A stretch of DNA of 64,000 bases from Cycas panzhihuaensis (taxonomy: Eukaryota > Plantae > Cycadophyta). The notes under the pieces were generated by a model. It saw nothing but the letters and a program-made list of their open reading frames with translations, was not told where the DNA came from and ran no database searches. The DNA lies in contig CM041465.1 of assembly GCA_023213395.1 (NCBI GenBank), forward strand, positions 210,993,741 to 211,057,740, given 5' to 3'. Position numbers and translations under genes: made by a program. Numbering within the stretch: position 1 is the stretch's first letter; every line of letters begins with the position of its first letter. Shown piece by piece: positions 24,560-39,100 of this stretch.

Positions 24560-27500
24560 TGGTTCCTTGACTTGGGACTAACCACCTATTGAATTTATGA
24601 GAGAATGAAATGAAGGTGGTGAAACTCAAGGGTGAACCTTTTAACCAACCTCTTAGAAGAGGTCTAGTCAAACTAATTTAAACCTTAAACTAATTCATAC
24701 ATGCATGATAGAGTCAAACCTCGATCTAACCAAATAAAAACACACCAAATAAATCATACAAAATAAATAAAAGGCCCCTTTATTTTAGGTTAAGTATAGA
24801 CAACCTTCCAACAAGTGAAAGACATATTGGGGGTCCTTACCTTGAAATAAACGTCCTAATTTTTCCCTACTACTACCATCCAAGAAGTCCACCTAAGGAT
24901 GATACACTATTAAAGACCTTTATTTCCACCTAAATGAGAGTAATCTATGTTATATTAGCTAAAAGTATAGAGGATTGATGAGTGTGGAAACCCAATAGAG
25001 ATCATAACCTATATTAATGACCATATTGAGGGTCAGCTACTAGGGAGTCCCTCACTTGGTGATGATCTATCTATGAAGGTGAATGGCTTGAGGATGCTTA
25101 TTTCTGACTCTAATAGATTTCTACACTTAGAGGTAAAGGAAGAAAGAGGAAACTACTCTCAATCTAAAGGAAAATGACAAGCCACTTCCTTTAGTGTTTA
25201 GAACATGGTTAGAAGAAAAAGTAATCTTAAAGAAGGTGTAGTTTGTACACTAGAGATGTCAAGTCTGGGTTGATCAAAACACTCATAACTAAGAGAAGTA
25301 TTTGTCTCTAAGAGAGGATGTGCTTGTACACTAAGGATGCCAAGTCTTGTGTGGTCAAACAAATCCTCAACAGAGAGATAAAGCCTATCTTAGGGGGACT
25401 AAACAATATCAAGCCAAATTTACATGCAAGTATAGCATGTAATTTCAATTTAAATAAAGACAGTAATGAGCAAACATGCATTTAACCAAACGCTTAATCA
25501 TATAAAAAGTAAATGCAATTCTTTTCTTTTCTTTCTTTTTTGTTTTATAAATGACTTAAAATCAAAAAGAAAAAATCAAGCACATAAATAACAAAGGAGT
25601 CTAGGATCTTTAATTACACTTATGATTATCCTAATTGTTACTCTTTTACTTCATTTTCTAAATCTTTTAGATTTACTCAAAAGTAAATGAAAGAATGGAA
25701 AGATACAAGTAATCATGCAATCACAAGCTCTTGATTCTAAACCTAATCAACAATTTCTTAACTTCCCCTTTTTCTTATATGAGAAAAGAAAGGAAAAGAT
25801 TCAAGTAACATGCCAACTAATCAATATAGGAAAATACTCTTTCTTTTCCTTTTCTTTCCTTCTCTTTGTTAATTTATGAAAGCTTAAAGACTAAAGAAAA
25901 TATTACAAGTGATAGAGAGAAGGGTGAGTATCTTATAACAAGGTTAAAGAGTAATGGCTTTACCTTCTTATATTACTCCCAATTTGGAACATTGCATATC
26001 AATCAAATAAATGATAATATGGATATTGAAATCATTATTTTAAAGAAAGGACTTTTAAATAAAACCTTGTAATCTTATCAAAATTTTAGTTGTGGTCATA
26101 TTACAGATGAAGAATTTTGATGGTAAACAACAACTCTATGGAAAAGAGTTGGGATACTCTTTTTGCTTAAAAGATCTACTCCTCCTTACCATTCACCTCT
26201 TCATAGGATTTTGTCTTAATTTACTTTGACCCTTTTTTGATCAAACCAAACTCATTAAGAGTTATGAATTGAAATAAGGAGGAAAAAGATGAGTGTATTT
26301 ACATAGTGAAAACCATAATCATAGATTGAAATAGGTTTAATACTCAAAAGTAATTTTTAAGAAATGATTCGAACAATGTGAGAAAGGTGTGGGAATCAAA
26401 ACTAACTTAATTCCAAGTCAAATAACTTAAATAAACAAGAAAGAACAACTAAGCTTTGATGAAAAAGAGAGAAAATGACAATGAAAAGACTTTTTTGTAG
26501 CATTTTTAAAAGATGAAATTAAAGCAAACTAATTCTAATTTTTGAAACAAATAATCAATCCATAAAAGAGTTACCTCCTATTTGAGAAAAATTAGTGTTG
26601 TGTGCCTTATTTTAATGCTTTTCTTTTATCTAACAAGTTGTCATCAAGTTTTAAGTATTATGAGAATAATGAATTTGATAGAAAAGGATGTTGTGTAAGA
26701 GAGATGTAGACAAAAAACTAGTTGGAACTATAAGAAGAAGACCCCAATAGGTGAGTGGGAAGATGAATCTAAGAACTGGACACCAATTAAAGTATACCTA
26801 CAATTCCTCCAATAAAATCTATAATCTCCTAAGAAGATGAGCTTCAATCTACCTCCAAGCAGCAACAAAACATTAGCAATATGGGTTGGCAAAGATTGGG
26901 TAGCACTTTGTTACATTAAGGACTCTTCTCCACCTCTTAAAAATACCTAAGAATTTATAAAAAATTACAGGAAAGAGAATGGATTAAAAAACCATGATTT
27001 CTGCTCATAGTTTTGTTAATTTATAATAACCAAATCTAGTAACAAAGGAAGGTGATACAATCACAAGTTAATCAGGGTAGGTGGGCCAACACTACTCTAA
27101 GTCTAAATAAGTACCATAGTGAAAATCACGAGAAATTAATATTCTATGTTAAAAATTATGGGTATGACAATAAAAATTACAATTTATAACTAAAAATATG
27201 ATCAACATTTTTTATTTATAAAGTCACATTTTTGTTGTTACAAAAAATACAACTAGATAAAAGAGCCCAAAAATAGAAATAAAAGGCAATTCCAATAAAC
27301 AAACAACTTATTAGAGGCTCTAGAATTTCAATGAAAAGTAAATCACTATGAGCAAAAGTTAAAAGGTGGTAGAAACAAGGTTGTAATTGATCAAAATACT
27401 AAATCATACTAAATGAGAAACTAGCCAAAGAGGGGAAACTTAGAGTAGTTTGGGAGCTATATTGGACAAGAGTTTTAAAATGCATCATAGTATTAGTCAT

Positions 27501-27753
27501 TGGCAAAGAAGATCATGACCATCATACACAAACAATCATCCAATTCGCAATCTATGACTTAAAAAATCAAATGATAAGCAATTAAGCATATCCAAACAAA
27601 AGACTAGACCATAAAATGATTAATCGATTAACTAACATACTAACCATGTGATATCCATTACATAAATAAAAGTCATAACTATCAAGAAACTATGAGGAAA
27701 CAAAAACTAGATATGAGCCTAACTATTCCAAAAGAGTTGGTTATGGTTAAACA
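24560..27753 (-). repeat. 5' LTR of Tat-A (about 3.2 kb)
   Basis: TG at 24560 beside the PBS; end GAGTTGGTTATGGTTAAACA resembles GATTAGGTTTTGGTGAAACA at 5104-5123; internal ~81-bp duplication at 25240-25375. Confidence 0.6.
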
Positions 27754-27949
27754 ACTTATAAATATATGCTCATTCATTGCACAATATTTAGAGATGATAA
27801 ATTTTGACTAGATTATTATATTGTGTATTGATGCTTGTTTCATCTTACTTGCTTTTCTACGTTATATTTTATATCACCTCATAGTTGATATTTATTAATA
27901 TATTTTATTAAAATATTTTCTACTACTTGCTTACATTATTTGAGTATTT

Positions 27950-29040
27950 CTCAATATTGGTACTATAACATCTTGCTATATTTTTCTAATAGGTAATGCT
28001 CCATGGAAAGTACTATTTAGGAAAAATATTAACATGGTTGGAAAAAGGAAGAAAGGCTTAAAAAATATCAATTTAGTTGATCTCTATTTAACCCTTACCA
28101 ATGTGAAAGTTAAAGGCTTCCTAATATTTCTATCAATTTGGAGGGCTTAGGAAAAATCTAAAAATTTTCTCTAGAGAATAAGGGATAATTGGTGGAGGGC
28201 CTAAGATAGTTTGAGATCTATCTGACAACTTGATTTGCAACCTAAATTAGAATCTTTCCTAACATAGTTAAAATGGTTTGTTACTCATAAATAGTCTAAA
28301 ATAGGCATTAATTTTCTAATTATTTTTTCAAACATTAACCATTATAGGTGGTACTAGTGGTTTGAGTTCTAAAAAATCTATACGGTAAAAACCTAAAAGA
28401 AGATTATGCTCTATAAAATCCATAGTCTATGGAAGAAACCTTTCCTTAAAGGTTTGATAGTTTTTAGAATTAACACTTGATGGAAGGACTAGTAGCGGAT
28501 GAATAAGAAACCATTAATTGAATACTTAATCAAAGATTTATATTCTATATTTTCTTACTCTGAAATTATTATAGGATTTAAAATGTCAATTTGGTTTGCA
28601 TACATCTCATTAGAGAAGTGCAATAACAAGAATTTATAAATGTAAAATAAAACCTAAAAGAAATATTTTAATAAGGTAAGTTTTTCTTAGTAAACTCTCA
28701 ACTAAAGAAAGAGTTAAAAAAGTAAACCTAGGGGTAGGAGGCTATGTCATGTGTGGAAAAGAGGAAAGAGTTATTCACTTGTTTTGGCATTGTAGCTATG
28801 CTAAGAGATCCTTATCTATGATTCTACTTGGCATTAAAGTTTTTGGGCAGAGGTTAAGTTAGAGAAATGTAGTCTCTTTTTTTTCTTTTCTTTTTTGTTT
28901 TTAGGGGATTTAGTGGGTTAGGGGAGGGGGGGGGGGGGTGGGGTTAATCTTGTGATTCAAGCCCCGCTTTTTTGTTTAGGGTTAGTGGAGATGGTATAAG
29001 TGTCCTTTAGAAAAATTAAAAAAATAAAAAAATAAAACCC
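27950..29040 (+). mobile_element. L1-type LINE ORF2 3' relic (zf-RVT) with A-rich tail
   Basis: 28690-28815 reads SKLSTKERVKKVNLGVGGYVMCGKEERVIHLFWHCSYAKR; A-rich run at 29011-29037. Confidence 0.7.
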
Positions 29041-29649
29041 TTTCTATGGATCAAAGTAATATAAAATATCTAAACTCTTAGTAAATATATGCAATAAGAA
29101 TATAAAAGGTAAGGATTTAAATGGTACCATTTAGAACCCATTCTTTTACTTGCTTATAAGTCTTTACTTCTTAAAGGTAATAAGACATGTCAAGAATTTC
29201 CTTGTCTTTTTATTTTTCTAAAATTATTTTCTTTTTAACTTTCTCCTAGTTAACTTACTACTTATTGGGGTCTTACCTCAAATTATAAGAAATCTAATGG
29301 ACAAATCCAAGTGATCCTTTAAAATCCAAAGGTAATCCCAACCATTTATTATTATTTATTATTATTTTTTTGGTTCCCATCAAATGCACATACTAGAAAG
29401 GAGTCAATGAAGGTTTACTTTAATACGCCAACCTATTCCACCAAACACCTCTCCTTTGGGTCCTAATTATTAACTCCAGAGTATGAGACTAAGCCAAATC
29501 ATATATCATCTTACTTATGGGTTCTTTTCTACCAAGGCCATAATCAACCTTGTTTTTGTTGTTGGCTCATTCTATGAAGCTAGATCATATCCATGATTAA
29601 ACCATCAACCCCAAGCCTCTCTTACTTTATTAATATTTTGTACATAATT

Positions 29650-32600
29650 TGTGGCCTTAAAAAGTGTTCATAGTCACTTAATATAATTGATGCAAATAAA
29701 AGGGGTTAATATATCTAACCCTTAATAATTATCAAATGCTTAACTCATGTTGTTTATAGTTTCCTAACTCTTTTAAGCATTTTACTTTAATCTTCCACAA
29801 AGGGCACACTTTCCATAAGTAAATGAGGATTATAAACACCACAAGAATATTTTTTTAGATTTAACTTTGAAGAAGCCTTTGTCCTCAATTTACATATAAT
29901 AAATTCTAGTAATTATTAAGCCCAAATATTAGTTGTCCATGCCATGATTAATATTCAACCATACATCTGATTTCAGCCTTTTAATGCATATCTAGTCACG
30001 TGAGAGCATTCAATGCCCTAATTATGAAAATGAATAAATTAGGTTTAATGATATTTAGGAGGATGACAGTCTTCTTTAAGTTTGAATTAAGGCCTTCTAC
30101 ATTGGATCTAAGTTAAGAAGACAAAGATAAGGCCCTAAGTTTCAATCCATGCATACTTTCTTATAAAGACAAAGGTCTGAAAAATTATTTTACTAAAAAC
30201 TATTTATTTGATAAGAATCATAAGATAATTTAATGTGAAAATAGGCTTCCATCTATCTAGTAGCCTAAAACATGTTATAATCCATCACTTGAATAAAATG
30301 TTACTCCATCTCGAGCTTTAAGAAAGGATAAATCAATTTAAACAAATGAAAAATTTTCACAATAGCTATAGTTTATTTAGTTGTGAAGAACCTTTTTAGA
30401 ATTGCCCAATCTACTACTTATGTATGTCTTAAGAAATCATCGTTTCATGGAATACCTTATAGTTGATAGCCATTTTTGTTTCAATTCACTCCCTATGCAT
30501 TTGCTAACTATTTTATAATTTGCTTTAGTTTTTAATTTATAAAACATTAGAAAAGAAAAACTTTAGACAAGTACATTTGACTTCACCAAAATATACTTGG
30601 GATATATTATGATGAGGAATGTCTACTCCATTTCTTATGAACACATGAATACTAAGATATAAGAAGGAAATCCTACCACAACTAGAAAACACAAAGGGAA
30701 AAAAAAAAGAAAGAGAAGAAAAGAAAACCCCAACCTAACATGCAATAGTTGCAATTGCTAAACATATCAAGAAATATAGTTATTATCATTGCATAAAAAC
30801 CTAAAGTTCCATGAGCAAGTCCATGCGACAAAGAGAATAACTACAAACAAATGCACTATCTTTTTATAAAATGGTATACATGATAAAAAATATGATTATC
30901 ATCCATCCAACATGGTTATATAGTTTATGTGTTGTTAGTTATTTAATTTTTTTAATATGTATTCTTTAAAATAAGGGAATGGGATTAGAGATTGATAAAT
31001 AAAGCAAAAGGAGAATGCATGAAAAAGAGAGAAAAAATTATTTGCCTTTATCTTTTCAAAAAAGGCGAGGAAATGGTGTTATATTCCACTTTTAGTTTGT
31101 GATAAGAAAATTTTGAGATGACTTTAAATTCATAAATATGAACTCAACTTAATAATTTTAAATTGTACAATCATTGGGTAATATATAACCAATAACACTA
31201 TAGATAAGTGGGTGTGGCATCTTTAATATCTAAATCCAAATTAAATTGATGCACCTTAGAATTAGAGTATTCTCAGAGACTCTTGGGAAAAACTATAACC
31301 CTTTAATTAGTATATTTAAATGGAATATAAGCAATGAAGATCTTATGCCTTAATAAGTGGAGGAAAGTAGGGTGATTGAAAGTGAAAGATATTAAAATGA
31401 GCTCTTAGTTTGAAAACACAAGGAGTTTAATTAAAAAATGATTGAATAATAATTTTAGCTAACATTCCTAATTTAAGTCCATATAACATTGAAGACACCA
31501 CCTATACTAACTCTTCCAAAATTCATTCAAATAGATTTAATTATCACATATAAATTATTGTGCATTCAACATCCACAAGATTAGGATTTAATGTATGCAC
31601 AAATTTTCCAAAAGGAAGTGAAGAAATATTGTGTATATACACTAATTTTAGGGGAAAAAAAAGATGTGTGTGAAACAGACTTGGGTATGAATTCTCACAT
31701 CAATAAAAAGCAAATAAAAAATATAAAGAGTAAATCTAAAAATATTTCAAATAAAACTAGACCATAAATCACATGCAACACATGTCAATATATAAGTTTT
31801 TAATTCAATAATGAATAAGAGAGAGGATATTTTCTTCCTTCGTTTTCTTTCCCTTTTGTCATTGTATAACCTTAAGATATAATATATGAATCAATAATAC
31901 CATAGAGCTCTTCCTTACATATTGTAGTAATTTTTTCTACTTGAGTATAGAAAAACAGTATGGTTAATGCATCTAACTACTATTTAATAATTAGCATATA
32001 TACTAGTACAATCTTAATGATGATTCCACTTTTAAAGATAAAAAGGATTGTTATTATTACAATTTACAAAAACTAATTGCCATGGTAATGCTCTACCACT
32101 AGTACTAATGCATTTAAGTTTCACCATTTGAATGTCAATACTTCTAGCAGTTGCCATAAAGATGTTATCTTATTGATCATAATATTAAGGATAAACAATG
32201 CAAATTTATTGTATATATTTATGTTAATGTATGGCAGGGTGTGTGTGTGTGTGTTTATTGATAAAATGGATTCACTTTAATTAAGTCTTCTAAAATTAAA
32301 AGATTTCCATAATCAATATCTTAAAAGAATAGTTACTTTTCATTAATTTTGATGTTGCACATTAAATATAATCATGATGATAATACTCTAGTATTTGACA
32401 TGGTTACAATTTATTAAACTTAAGTAATGTGTAATATATAAAATATATGATTATGATAACCTTATATATGCATGTGTGCATGTGTGTGTGTGTGAAATGT
32501 TTTATATTATATAACCGTAGACTCAAAATTTATCCATATCTATACCAATGGGCATCTCATCGTATACCCTTAGAAAAGAGAGAATCTTTCTTATATAAAT

Positions 32601-33950
32601 AGTTATTTAAATAAGCTTATCCACATGATTTGCTTGATATAATGTGTAGAGATGATTGAGTTTATGGCTAAGATATAATGTAATATCAATGAAATAAATT
32701 CTAATATAATTGCAATGACAACATTCTTTAATCCTTTATGAGCATAACCCTTAATGTATATATATTTTGGATTAAATTTTATGTTGAAATTAAGCATTTG
32801 TATTAAGAAACTCCTTACTTATGGGTCTTATTCTACCTTTTTTCTTGCAAAATCATTATTCTTAATCATTATTAAAATTGAGAGATTCTTTATGGTTGAC
32901 TTTGATAATAATATCCCATCTTGAAAAATCTAGCCACTTTGATAATTTAAATTTAAAAATCTTATTCATATAAGAATCTACTTTTGATCTCTGTTTTCAT
33001 ATAATACTAGATTTCATCATTAGTAGTATACCATTAACTTCAATCACTATGCATTAAACATTCATTTCAACATAATTTTTATAACATTCATACATATCAT
33101 TAATTCTTAATTAAATTAATGGTTTGATATCATAGTAATATATATCCTTTATAGTCTATTTTCAACTATAAGAATAATGTTTGTACCTTATGGTCTACTT
33201 TAACTTTGGGAATAATTCTTCATCTAGTGAAGTTTATCCTCTTTGATTATTTTAATTGAAATAGTAGGGATACTTAATGGCGACATCAACATAAGAAGAG
33301 TGAATCCATTAAGGAGGACCAAAAACATAAAATTCCTTAGTTGGGATTACTCTCTTCAAGATTAAATCAAGGTTTGAGATGCTTTTATTTTATAGAAGTT
33401 TGGATCTAGAAAATTTAAATACATTTGATCAAATAGATTAAAACATACTATACCTGCATGAGCTACTCAAATTTGTAAAAATTACATTTGCACTAAACAT
33501 AACAATAATTAATCTTTAATACTTAGAATTACTAAAAAGAGGAGGTCAACTCAAATTGCTACTCCCATAGCTACATAGGCATAGTTTAAAGCTATTATAA
33601 GGAAGAAATCTTATATAATAGGATACATGAAGGAGTTACAACTCAAATAGTAGTGATTGAGGTAGGTTAATAAATCAATCCATGAGTACACTAATAAATT
33701 CCACCAAATGGGCATAATTATAAACATAGATAAGGAAAAGTTTGTTATAAAATATCCATTTGCAAAGAAGACAAAGGTAAGATGTAAAGGAAAATATATG
33801 TTATCTACTTACAATTTTTATTCTCATTCTTCTAATGGTTCATCTTCATTAGAAAAAGGGAAGGAAATAATTAAGATGTTATGCCTAAACCCATAAGAAC
33901 AAGAAATGAAGGTAAAGATTTAAAATTATTCTTAAATAATTAAGAAAAAT
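29650..33950 (-). mobile_element. Heavily decayed L1-type LINE ORF2
   Basis: Colinear degenerate motifs: DQMYL (about 33425), GRIRPISKEF (32810-32838), WISL (32615), KGIR*-CPL (32547-32572), KVCMD (30150), KIFLW and KCALCG (29790-29860). Confidence 0.5.
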
Positions 33951-34228
33951 GCACCTACTAGGTATTACAAGGATTCAATCATCCTTACATTCTATGATCA
34001 TTTACAATTAATTATACAAGCTCATTTCTATAATGACTTAACTATCCATTTGTTGGATGTCATATCTTATATATAAACTCACTACAAAATAATTGCTCTT
34101 TATTCATCTATACCTCCTTCAAGACATTGTTGCTCTTAAGGATAATACCACAGAGTGGGGAATGTTTCATAAGAAGTAAAATATGAGTGATTAATACTAA
34201 TAAGCATGGAGAGTTATAATCCCTCTTA

Positions 34229-34627
34229 TAGAGTATGTCTTCACAACAATTATCCTAACATACTAAAATAACAATGGAAAATAAAGAGAGCAAAGGCGAC
34301 ACTTTTATTAATCTATGAAGCAAATTATAGAAAATGAACTTGTAATAGACTCAATGAACACCAAAGGGACACTAAAAGGAGTGTCAAAGTAAAATATCTC
34401 AAGGGATTAAATACCCAACCAACTCTTATTACAATCCACGACCCTTAAATAAACAAAACAAGGTCTTTCTCTAAACAATTGTATTGGCAAGCCAAAAGGC
34501 TTTACATTTCATTAGAGGACTTAATAGCCTATGCACAATGTTTAATGGATAGTACTAATACTTAACTGATTAGTGGTTTACCATTGGCTAGTACTCCATT
34601 TCATTAGCAAGATGTAGTCATGTAATA
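34229..34627 (-). repeat. Chromovirus 3' LTR
   Basis: Colinear with 40452-40849 (e.g. ATTAGAGGACTTAATA, TTAGTGGTTTACCA). Confidence 0.85.
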
Positions 34628-34639
34628 GGTTCCCCCCTC

Positions 34640-37600
34640 TAAGCAGTTGAGTCCTCAAGGTGTTAGAGATGCGGGCATTACCTGATGAACTCATCTAACT
34701 CCTAAGTTGCTTCTTTTGCATCATAATTGACCCATAGTACCAAATGATTAGAGATGGTATGATTTTGATGGTGGCATTGATAGCTAGAAATCATATGATT
34801 TGGGGGAATGGTGGGGATTTCCTCATCATTGAGAATGTGAAGGCTAGTATGTGGGCTAATGTTTTTACCTAGGCACTCTTTTAAGTAAGACACATGGAAA
34901 ACATTATAGATTCTCATATCTAGGGGAAGTTCAAGGGTGTATGCAACTTCACTAATTGTTTGAAGTACTTTAGATGGACCATAATAATAGGGACTTAACC
35001 TATGGATTGTGTGGGACTTAAAGAGTATGTTATTTATAAGTTTAAAGATAATAGAAAACTAGATCACCAATGGCAAATGCACAATTAGAATAGTGGCATT
35101 TGATGAGTTGCTTCATATAATTTTGTACATTATCTAGGTTTTACTTAAGTTTGTGAAGAATTTGGTTCATCTCTTAAAGCTTTTATTGGTCATGGCTATT
35201 TGGAGGTTGGTGGCTAAGTATGATGGGATGGGGGGTGATATCTATATAGAGCTAGAAATCGGGACATGCCTATGGCTAAATGGTGCGATGAGTTATATCC
35301 ATATTCTATTAAGGATAGCCAAAAAGTGCACTTAACTTGATGATTTGAAGTAAAATAATGCAGGTAAGTTTTAAGAGTTTTATTTAGAACCTCATATTAA
35401 CCATCAATTTAAGGATGGTATGCAAAGCTCATGTTAAATAAGGTTGTTACTACTTGAAAGAGATCCTACCAAAAAGAGATAATAAACTTAGGGTCCTTAT
35501 CGCAAATAATAGTTGAGAGAAAGCCATAAAGTTTAAATACAATTTGGATGTAGATATCAATATATGAGATAATTTATAAGAAGAGTAAATAGCAATGAAA
35601 TGTGAATATTTGATTACTCAATTGATGACCACTCAAATTGAGTCAAATCTAATTGATGTGGATAAAATTGTAATAAAATCCATGGTTATATCTTGCCACT
35701 TACCCTAAAGGATGTGTAGGGGTTAAAGAAGACCTCACAAGGCCTTAGTATTTACTTTATTTCTTTAGAAAATATCACATTCTGATATAAATATAAGGAT
35801 AGTGGACTTCATATGGGACCAAAATAAATCTACTCAAATGTGATAATATATCTTATCAAATCCTGAGTGGCCTTCTAAGGGAATGGAATGATACTCAATT
35901 AAAATATGAGAGATGTAAGAATAGGCTAGATATATAAAGATATAAATTTTAAATAATAAATAGGTATTATGGGTTGACCATCCTTTTTGGTTATGAGCTT
36001 TATGAATCTATTCAAAATAGTCAGGTTATTCCTTACTTTCGGCATCCAACTCTTATAATTATTCAGGATGAGGTTTTGAGATGGCATAAATTACCAAATT
36101 AAGGGTAGTGGAATTAGACAAAAGGTGAGAAATGGAATCTACAATAACATTATCCTTTCTTTTTTGTAGTATATGGCAAAGTCAAATACCTGTAAGCGAT
36201 CAATCCACTTAGCATGTTTTTCAGGTAATACCGATTAATCCAACAAGTAGTAGAGGTTGTGGTGATAAATAAGAATAGTAAATTAAAAACCCATAAGGAT
36301 TATCACCACTTATCCACTACATACAATATTTCTTTCATTTCCTTTTGATATGTGGACAACTAAAGTTCACGATCTTTAAGTTTTTAGCTTTCATGGGCTA
36401 TAAGGTGGAGGTTTTTCATAAGGAATACTCCCAAGATAAATCTTGATGCATTGCCTTTAAGTTAAAATAGTTGTGTGAAGTCTAGGGTGGAAAGTATTAG
36501 AGTAGAATTTATGACCAGTTTGAGGTAGATAAAGGTAACTTCTACATTAGAGGACCATTAAAATGAGTCTTTACAGAGCAGGTTGGTTAATGGGGCTACC
36601 AAAGAAGCATAATTATATACAAAATGCTTATAAAACCTAGTGAGGCTAAGAAATACATGTAGTTTCATGAGATTTATAAGGGTTGGCTAAGTGGTGATAA
36701 TCGATATTTTATCAGGGTTCACTCATGCCCCTTTCAATGATATGATGTGCCCTAAGTATTATACTTTAGGTTTGCCAAAATCATATTTAAAGAGTTTTGC
36801 ATATAATTGATGTCAGCATAAAATTTAGAAGACAACTTCTAAGTGATGGAGGTGGTGATCCAAGCAAGAACTATCTATGAGTATATCATCAAAGAAGATA
36901 ATCATAAACTTCTTAAGATAGGGAGAAAATATTTTATTCATGAGATCTTAAAAATTGGTTGGGCATTATAAAAGCCAAAAGACATTGCTCATAACTCAAA
37001 GTGCCCATGATGGATTCAAAAGGTTACCTTATGGTAGTCTTTTAGGGTAATTAGAATATGATAATACCCTAACTATTAATACAATTTAAAAAAAGTAAGG
37101 TACCATGGATTTCATCAAGTATATCATCGATTATTTAGGTGGGGAAATTATTTTTTCCCATAATTTTATTGAACTCCCTATAGTCTACACAGAGGTGAAA
37201 GGATGCATCTTTTATTCGCACTACAATTATTAGAGTTACATAGGGACTTTTACTTAGTTGGATGATTCCCATTTCCATCTTCTCATTAGTGACTTTCTTA
37301 ATTTCATTTTTCTGGAAGTAAGAGTTCCTATACAACCTAAGACTAATTGGGTCATGGTAGGACTAAAGTTTGTTGATATGATAAAAGCCATGATCAAGTG
37401 ATGGAGTTGTAGGAAGGGGGGGAAATAGTTGGTGGTATTTGGTGATGATTTCTTAAATACATGGGTGAATCTAATGATTGGCTTAGATGTTGTTTAAATA
37501 GACTACATACCCTAGATTGCTTTGTAAATGTCTTTTCATTTACCTCAAGGAGACAACCTAATTTGGAGGGGTTTGGATCCCATGGATTTTATGTGTTTGA

Positions 37601-39100
37601 TCCATACTATCTTTAAATAAGATGAAAGTATTATTTAATGAATTATTAGTACTATATGTACCTAGGATTTGTAACCATTAATTCCTTAGGATGGCATCAA
37701 ACCCACCTATAAATAGTGCATAAAAATCTAAAACTAGGAGGTACATGCCTATTTGGATGCATAGGTTTTTTACTACCCTAACATAATATAACTTTTGATA
37801 ATCTAGTAGGGAGTAAGTGAAACTAGTTTTTAGTATAATATAGAGGTTAAGTTGGTTAGCTAATGAGATATCAATGAAATTTAAAGATATGCCACCATTG
37901 ATTAGTATAGTCATTGGAGTCTTACAGAGGATACCCTTGACTTGAAGGGGTTCTAGACATGAGGTAGAAGTTATAACAAAGAGGGATACTTCTAGTTGAG
38001 GTTCAAGAATAGGTTCTATAGGTAGTTCTTCATCTTGTTCTTGATCTAAATCGGAGTCTATGTTTTCTTTGGAAGATAAGGTAGGGCTAATTGAGAAAAC
38101 CACATAACTAGCCTTATAAATTTTGCCATGTTTAAAACTCCACTCCTTTGTACACTAAACACACAGGCCTATTTTCATTCAATAATACAATTCATTTGAT
38201 GTGACTTAATCTTATTTTATTGAAGGGTCTTTTGAATAGCACTCTGTTGTAGGTCAAACTAAATCATCAACTTGAGGTCAAGGTCATGAGGATTTAACTT
38301 GTTAAAGTTGTTGAAACCATGGGAAGTCCCTTTGAGAGGAAGTTATTTTCTTTAATGTAAATTCTATATCTATTGCTCTATCCATTTCAATGTCTTATTT
38401 TAGACTAGGTAAAGGTAATGTTTTAAGGTATATTTAGATGTGCTCTTTAAGTCTTATAACATAAGTACCAATAATGCTTTGTTTATCTAAAAATTTACTA
38501 ACACGGTTATGCAATGTTTGAAATTTGTCTATATATATATTTTCACCAATGATACTTACTTTAGCCTTATAAACTAGGTAAAGAATGATTAATTCCATAT
38601 GTCCTCATACTATTCAAAGAAACTATTAGGGAAATATATCCATGTTTGATTTGGAGAATATTCTCACTTCCACCAGCAAAACCAATGATATGCTTTTCCA
38701 TCCATCTGGATGGATGCATAGGTTATCTAATCTTCCTTAGAGATTAGATTGAGTGTAAAATAGGACTCCAACTTATTAATTTAACTTCAACCACTTTCCT
38801 TGTTAAGATTAGGGTTGAAAGTCAAAATATTAATCTTATGATGGAGATGTTATAGCCATAGAAATGGATTTCCTACATGGTTTAGTAGAGGGTTGCTTAA
38901 CTGATTTGACGATCAAGGGTTGCCTATCTAATTTGGTAACCCTATAGAGTTAGAGTTATATTGCACTATATAGTTTAGAATTACAATGGTATCAATATTT
39001 GTTAGAAGATTGGATATTTCAATCCTTACCTCTTCTTAGAAATCAATAAAATTTATTTCTAAAGTGAGGATTCTATTTACTAGAGTAGGAGGAGCCATTA
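34640..39100 (-). pseudogene. Chromovirus gag-pol with C-terminal chromodomain
   Basis: ILINGGISLNFID protease, FHLCVDYREFNK and FFDDILI RT, CDKDPKF integrase, IYNVFHVSYLK and LVLWVNYDAKEAT* chromodomain. Confidence 0.88.

Noticed and set aside
29300-33900. Helitron or hAT transposase relic
   Set aside because: No diagnostic motifs or termini; the residual motifs fit L1 ORF2 better.
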